The notes under the pieces: generated by a model
Seen by the model: only the letters and a program-made list of their open reading frames with translations
Database searches by the model: none
What the model was told of the DNA's origin: nothing
Assembly: GCA_043797545.1 (NCBI GenBank)
Contig: JAZDPN010000073.1
Span: 1-57,523 of the forward strand
Length of the DNA: 57,523 nucleotides
Source of the DNA: Patescibacteria group bacterium
GTDB lineage: Bacteria; Patescibacteriota; Gracilibacteria; JAHISY01
Reading direction: 5' to 3'
Made by a program: the position numbers and the translations under genes
Shown: in pieces, positions 53,097 to 57,523 of the stretch
Layout: each line of letters opens with the position of its first letter
Position numbering within the stretch: position 1 is the first letter of the stretch

Positions 53097-55211
53097 ATGG
53101 CCGCCCACAAAATTCAGAAACGCAACGGTGCAATTGTTGACTTCGACATCGCCAAGATCGAGAAAGCGATTTTTGCGGCCGCGAAGGCGGCTGGTGGGAG
53201 TGATTTGGCTGAAGCGAAAAGACTGGCGAATCAGGTTGTAGCCGAACTGGAAAAAGAAGACAAAGTTCCAACCGTCGAAGAAGTTCAAGACTTGGTTGAA
53301 AAAATTCTAGTTCGCGCCGGCCATCCGACAACCGCGAAGGTCTATATTCTTTACCGGGAGAAACGCGCCGAGGCGCGCGCTGACCGCGATGTCGTCGTCG
53401 AGGTCGAAAAGACAATGTCCGAATATTTGAACCGTCTTGATTGGCGGGTAAACGCGAATTCGAATCAGGGTTATTCTCTTGGCGGCATGATTCTGAATAC
53501 CGCCGGGAAAGTGACCGCGAATTACTGGCTCTCGCACATTTATCCAAAAAATGTCGGCGACGCGCACCGCAACGGCGATTATCATATTCACGATCTCGAC
53601 ATGTTCTCGGGCTACTGCGCTGGTTGGTCGCTGCGCGCGCTGCTCGAAGAGGGCTTCAACGGTTTAATGGGTAAAACTGAATCACACCCGCCGAAACATT
53701 TGTCATCCGCGGTTTCACAAATGGTCAACTTCCTTGGTTCGCTCCAAAACGAGTGGGCAGGCGCGCAAGCGTTCAGCTCGTTCGACACCTATCTTGCGCC
53801 TTTCGTCAAAAAATATGCTCTCGAGGTCGAAGAAGCGATCGAAAAAACCGGAGCGCAGTTCGAGACGCCCGAGGCGCGCCAAAGCTACATCGACCGCAAG
53901 ACCTACAACTACGTTTACCAAAACGTCCAATCTTTCGTTTTTAACCTCAATGTTCCGAGTCGCTGGGGGACACAAACACCCTTTACGAATGTCACACTGG
54001 ATTGGGTTTGCCCGGCCGATTTACGCGAGAAAAGACTACAGCTTGGCGGCCAACCCTTCGAATTTAAATTTGGCGAACTCGAAAAAGAAATGGCGATCCT
54101 CAACCGCGCCTTCATCGAAGTCATGACGGCTGGCGACGCGCGCGGCCGCGTTTTCACTTTCCCGATTCCGACCTACAACATCACGCCAGACTTCGACTGG
54201 GACGGCGAAAATACAGATCTGCTTTTCGAAATGACGGCAAAATATGGCATGCCCTATTTCCAAAACTTCATTAATTCCGACCTCAACCCGGGGGATGTAC
54301 GCTCGATGTGTTGCCGGCTGCAGCTCGACCTCAACGAGCTAAAAAAACGCGGCAATGGTCTCTTTGGCTCGGCCGAGATGACAGGCTCGATCGGGGTCGT
54401 CACTATCAATTCTGCGCGCATCGGCTACAACTCAAAAGGTGACAAGCAGAAGCTGCTTGACAGGATTGGTCACCTCATGGAGCTGGCCAAGACCTCGCTC
54501 GAAATCAAACGCAAAGAAATTCAAAAATGGATTGATCGAGGCCTCTTTCCTTTCACCAAGCGATATCTTGGCCACCTCAACAATCATTTCTCCACGATCG
54601 GCGTCAACGGTGTGAACGAGTGCGTTCTCAATTTTTCCAGCGGTAAATACGACATCGCCTCGCCGGAAGGTCGGCAGCTCGCGATCGATATTCTCGACTT
54701 CATGCGTTCCAAGCTGACCGAATTCCAAAACGAGACCGGCAACCTTTACAATCTCGAAGCGACGCCGGCCGAGGGGACGACTTACCGCTTCGCGAAAGAA
54801 GATCGCAAGCGCTATCCAGATATTATTCAGGCTGGCACGACCGAGGCGCCCTACTACACGAATTCTTCTCAGCTGCCAGTCGAATACACTGACGATGCCT
54901 TCGCGGCGCTAGAACATCAGGACGATTTGCAAAAAATGTACACCGGCGGGACGGTCCTCCACCTCTACATGGGCGAGCGGATTTCCGACTCCGTTGCCTG
55001 CAAAAATCTCGTGCGCAAGGTGCTGACTAATTTCCGTTTACCCTACATTACGATTACGCCAACCTTTTCGATTTGTCCCAAGCACGGCTATCTGGCCGGA
55101 GAGCACGATTTCTGTCCGCTCTGCGATGAGGAAATCGGCTATGATGGGTCCGACCGCGACTCCGAGCTGCGCGAACAATTCATTTCCTCGGCAGCCAAAC
55201 AAAAGCTGTAA
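53097..55211 (+). CDS. nrdD: Anaerobic (class III) ribonucleoside-triphosphate reductase, large part without the glycyl-radical loop
   Basis: N-terminal ATP-cone, catalytic barrel motifs, and C-terminal zinc-ribbon cysteines ICPKHG...FCPLC. A stop codon comes before any RxxGY motif. Confidence 0.85.
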   Translation: MAAHKIQKRNGAIVDFDIAKIEKAIFAAAKAAGGSDLAEAKRLANQVVAELEKEDKVPTVEEVQDLVEKILVRAGHPTTAKVYILYREKRAEARADRDVVVEVEKTMSEYLNRLDWRVNANSNQGYSLGGMILNTAGKVTANYWLSHIYPKNVGDAHRNGDYHIHDLDMFSGYCAGWSLRALLEEGFNGLMGKTESHPPKHLSSAVSQMVNFLGSLQNEWAGAQAFSSFDTYLAPFVKKYALEVEEAIEKTGAQFETPEARQSYIDRKTYNYVYQNVQSFVFNLNVPSRWGTQTPFTNVTLDWVCPADLREKRLQLGGQPFEFKFGELEKEMAILNRAFIEVMTAGDARGRVFTFPIPTYNITPDFDWDGENTDLLFEMTAKYGMPYFQNFINSDLNPGDVRSMCCRLQLDLNELKKRGNGLFGSAEMTGSIGVVTINSARIGYNSKGDKQKLLDRIGHLMELAKTSLEIKRKEIQKWIDRGLFPFTKRYLGHLNNHFSTIGVNGVNECVLNFSSGKYDIASPEGRQLAIDILDFMRSKLTEFQNETGNLYNLEATPAEGTTYRFAKEDRKRYPDIIQAGTTEAPYYTNSSQLPVEYTDDAFAALEHQDDLQKMYTGGTVLHLYMGERISDSVACKNLVRKVLTNFRLPYITITPTFSICPKHGYLAGEHDFCPLCDEEIGYDGSDRDSELREQFISSAAKQKL

Positions 55212-55228
55212 AATTAACCCAAGCAACT

Positions 55229-55423
55229 ATGAGCACTCAAAACTTCACCGCGAACCAAAGTTCGACCGCGACCGGACAAAAGACTAGAACACGCTGCGAA
55301 GTCTGGACGCGCGTGATGGGTTATCACCGCCCAGTTCAAAATTTTAACGTCGGCAAAAAGGCGGAACACTATTCGCGCTGCCATTTTTCTGAGGCCAAGA
55401 CTTGTGCCGCAGTTTCCAAATAA
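55229..55423 (+). CDS. Stand-alone glycyl-radical segment of NrdD (64 aa)
   Basis: CEVWTRVMGYHRPVQNFNVGKKAEHYSR corresponds to the conserved C-terminal EV.SR..GY.RPV..WN.GK..E...R glycyl-radical site. It starts 17 nt after the nrdD stop, in another frame. Confidence 0.7.
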   Translation: MSTQNFTANQSSTATGQKTRTRCEVWTRVMGYHRPVQNFNVGKKAEHYSRCHFSEAKTCAAVSK

Positions 55424-55425
55424 GT

Positions 55426-55668
55426 TTGCAGTATCTTCTTTTTACGACGACGACCTGTCCCAAGTGCCCTGCGGTTAAGAGCTTTGTTGCCGAGCAAATG
55501 CCTTTCGACGGCAGGACGCTTGACAATAGCGCACCGGATTTCGTCGCGCAGATCCAAAAGTTCGGAGTTCAAAATGCGCCGACACTGATCGTGCTCGACG
55601 ACGCGAATCAAGAAATTTTTCGGGGGAATGAGGTTGCGGAGATTGAGGAATTTTTGAACAGAAAGTAA
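55426..55668 (+). CDS. Thioredoxin/NrdH-like small redoxin (CPKC)
   Basis: LLFTTTTCPKCPAVK...NAPTLIVLD is the thioredoxin-fold pattern. The probable TTG start is at 55426. The ORF track starts at 55402. Confidence 0.6.
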   Translation: MQYLLFTTTTCPKCPAVKSFVAEQMPFDGRTLDNSAPDFVAQIQKFGVQNAPTLIVLDDANQEIFRGNEVAEIEEFLNRK

Positions 55669-55728
55669 ATCGCTGTTTTCTCGCTGTCGCGAGGACGCTG
55701 CTTTTTTGGCGGCAAAATTGCCGATCGT

Positions 55729-55757
55729 GTAGGGGCGGGTTTTAAACCCGCCCCTAC
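55729..55757. repeat. Perfect GC-rich palindrome GTAGGGGCGGGTTTTAAACCCGCCCCTAC (REP-like)
   Basis: Stem of 11-14 bp. Two further palindromes follow at 55821-55836 (CCTGTC GGCA GACAGG) and 55869-55885 (GCGCGGC TTTG CCGCGC). Confidence 0.85.
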
Positions 55758-55914
55758 ATTTCGCCCGTCGACCGCTGATGCAAAATTCTACGAATTTTTC
55801 CACGCAGACTCGCAAGCCTGCCTGTCGGCAGACAGGTCGCCGCCCCAATTTTTTCGAATGGCTGGAAAGCGCGGCTTTGCCGCGCCCTCTCCAAAAATTC
55901 TGTAAAATTCAGCA

Positions 55915-56637
55915 ATGCAAATCGCTGCGCTGCAAAAACTTACGCTTTTGGATTTTCCCGGTCGGACGGCCTGCACGGTTTTCACGCTCGGCTGCAATTT
56001 TCGCTGCGGCTTTTGTCACAATCCCGAATTAGTTTTGCCGGAAAAATTTCCCAAATTAATTCTCGAAGAAAAATTTTTCGAATTTCTTGATCGCCGCAAA
56101 GGCTTACTCGACGGCGTATGCATCACGGGCGGTGAGCCGACTTTGCAAAAAGATTTACTCGAATTCTGTAAAAAAATTCGCAAGCGCGGTTTCACGGTGA
56201 AGCTCGATACGAACGGTTCGCAGCCGGAAATTTTGGAAAAACTTTTTCGCGCGGGTTTACTCGACTATGTCGCGCTGGACATCAAAGCGTCGCCGGAAAA
56301 TTATTCCAAAATTGCGGGCGTCGACCAACCTTCGCCAAGGCTACGGCAGGCAAGTATTTTCGAAAAAGTGCGCGCCTCCAAAAATTTGATCGCGCAGTCG
56401 GGTGTCGAATACGAACTGCGCACGACCGTGATTCGCGAATTGCACGATGAAAAAGAATTACAAAAAATTCTTGAATTCATCCGCGGTGCGCCAAAATATT
56501 TTCTCCAAAATTTTTCCAATCGCGGCGGTTGTCTCAATCCGGCTTTCGAAAAACTGCACGGCTTCACGAATTCTGAATTGGAAAAAATGTGCGAGCGTGC
56601 GCGTGAGTTTGTGGGGGAGTGCGGAATTCGAAATTAA
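55915..56637 (+). CDS. nrdG: Anaerobic ribonucleotide reductase activating protein (radical SAM)
   Basis: GCNFRCGFCHNP cluster motif and GGEPTL. Confidence 0.85.
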   Translation: MQIAALQKLTLLDFPGRTACTVFTLGCNFRCGFCHNPELVLPEKFPKLILEEKFFEFLDRRKGLLDGVCITGGEPTLQKDLLEFCKKIRKRGFTVKLDTNGSQPEILEKLFRAGLLDYVALDIKASPENYSKIAGVDQPSPRLRQASIFEKVRASKNLIAQSGVEYELRTTVIRELHDEKELQKILEFIRGAPKYFLQNFSNRGGCLNPAFEKLHGFTNSELEKMCERAREFVGECGIRN

Positions 56638-56670
56638 AAAAGCCCTACTTGCGCAGGGCCTTTTTAATTT
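56636..56670. terminator. Bidirectional hairpin terminator between nrdG and the Lys-rich ORF
   Basis: AAAAAGCCCT-ACTTGCGC-AGGGCCTTTTT, with A and T runs on both sides. Confidence 0.6.
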
Positions 56671-56679
56671 TTGATTGAA

Positions 56680-56772
56680 CTATTTCTTCTTTTTGGCGAC
56701 CTTCTTTTTGGCCGCTTTTTTTGCCGGTTTTTTGGCAACCTTTTTTTTGGCTGCCTTCTTTTTTGCTGGCAT
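56680..56772 (-). CDS. 30-aa lysine/alanine-rich basic peptide (histone H1/HC2-like composition)
   Basis: MPAKKKAAKKKVAKKPAKKAAKKKVAKKKK. It begins at an ATG inside the longer track ORF and has a terminator just downstream. Confidence 0.35.
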   Translation of the reverse strand: MPAKKKAAKKKVAKKPAKKAAKKKVAKKKK

Positions 56773-57396
56773 TTTAAGGGGGGTTAAAGAATAAAAAAAC
56801 CTCACACGAGCTTTCGCGCGAGGAGGCCGGTTGAGTTTTGAATTTTGTAGATCAAGATATTTTTTGTGAGTGCAACTAGATTTTATTTTTTTGTAGAAGA
56901 AAGTCAATGGAAAAAAAGAATTAAAAAATTTTTATTGCGGCGAACAAAATTCATTACAGCAAAATTATTTTGAAAGAGCTGGGAAAAATTGCGGAAAAAT
57001 CTTAGCGCGAAATCCAGAATCATTTTCTAGATGTGAAATAGTATGAATTCGTCGTGATGCGTTCAGGAAAAAATTTTTGTTCCCTACAAAAAGCGCGGCC
57101 CAGGTTCTGTTTCTTTGATCATCCGCGGATTCAAAATCGGCGCAACAAAACGGGCGTGTCAAAACCCCGAAATTTATTCGGCCGAGTAAAAATAATTCTA
57201 CGATCGTCAGGTTTGCGGTGAAGACGAATCAAGCTGCACCCACTGATAAAAACTGGCAAACCAGGAGGAGGGACGAGGAAAAATTAAAATAAACGAATTC
57301 GCTTATCCGATATCCGAGAAATCCGGACAGTTCAACCCAAAAGAGGCTGGAAGGTAAAACGAGAATCAAAACTCCACACATCAAAAAGCTCCTCAG

Positions 57397-57514
57397 TCTT
57401 GGCGACGGCCTACTCTCACACACCCAGAGGATGCATTACCATCGGCGCTGGCGGGCTTAACTTCCGTGTTCGGAATGAGAACGGGTGTACCCCCACCGCT
57501 AGAGCCACCAAGAC
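57397..57514 (-). rRNA. rrf: 5S ribosomal RNA
   Basis: The reverse complement reads TCTTGGTGGCTCTAGCGGTGGGGGTACACCCGTTCTCATTCCGAACACGGAAGTTAAGCCCGCCAGCGCCGATGG...GAGAGTAGGCCGTCGCCAAGAC, with the universal CCGAAC/GAAGTTAAG core and closing helix I. Confidence 0.9.
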
Positions 57515-57523
57515 TCAAGAGCT

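Noticed and set aside
55211-55229. An intron or intein as the explanation for the nrdD split (T4 nrdD has a group I intron).
   Set aside because: The gap between the two ORFs is only 17 nt. No intein blocks are present in either part.
56965-57162. Possible relic of an IS200/RayT-type transposase C-terminus (…NKNFFLNASRRIHTISHLENDSG…) between the Lys-rich ORF and the 5S rRNA.
   Set aside because: The resemblance to the WQ.sFyDhiIR...YI.NNP pattern is weak and needs gaps. There is no HUH or catalytic Tyr region. It is too uncertain to call.
1-57523. CRISPR arrays, and alternative genetic code (UGA recoding, as in some CPR lineages).
   Set aside because: No regularly spaced direct repeats with unique spacers were seen, and the only tandem repeats are coding (Pro/Ala tail). 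TGA clearly terminates well-defined genes (for example secA, ctpA and the DUF2178-like gene at 10521-10523), so the standard code 11 fits.

Overview
The window reads as a chromosomal segment of a small-genome, Candidate-Phyla-Radiation/Patescibacteria-like bacterium. Genes are tightly packed, with many ATGA or ATGnnTAA start/stop overlaps. The standard code is in use, with TGA as a stop. Archaeal-type enzymes are present (DHQ synthase II, Elp3), as are SLH-domain surface proteins. I call about 55 CDS, mostly housekeeping: murD, carB, ilvE, thrC, dnaN, dapA, ppsA, nadCB, ssb, cimA, secA, nrdDG, rpmB. I also call 3 tRNAs and a 5S rRNA at the right edge. No CRISPR array, transposase, integrase or known defence gene is recognisable.

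The unusual signals are structural rather than gene-family based:
1. A repeat family (GTAGACA heptamer arrays plus a GC-rich hairpin) sits in frame inside queH, murD (three times), a PLP enzyme and probably carB, in the manner of Rickettsia palindromic elements.
2. All three tRNA genes are followed by a 140-185 bp spacer that ends in an 18-23 nt direct copy of the tRNA 3' end. Two of these spacers share a colinear 62-nt core.
3. The same 3'-end duplication signature flanks a 1.3 kb AT-rich two-gene cassette behind carB. A diverged SEC-C relic sits behind secA.
4. A LysW-like zinc ribbon, a fold-II PLP enzyme and an ATP-grasp ligase form a compact triad.
5. nrdD is split so that the glycyl-radical loop is a separate 64-aa ORF.
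6. Threonine synthase is fused to a LeuA/CimA-type regulatory domain.
7. Elp3 is interrupted at an A7 run.
8. A translationally coupled cluster of unknown membrane proteins lies at 17994-22577.

All product calls come from motif recognition by eye. No database search was run.
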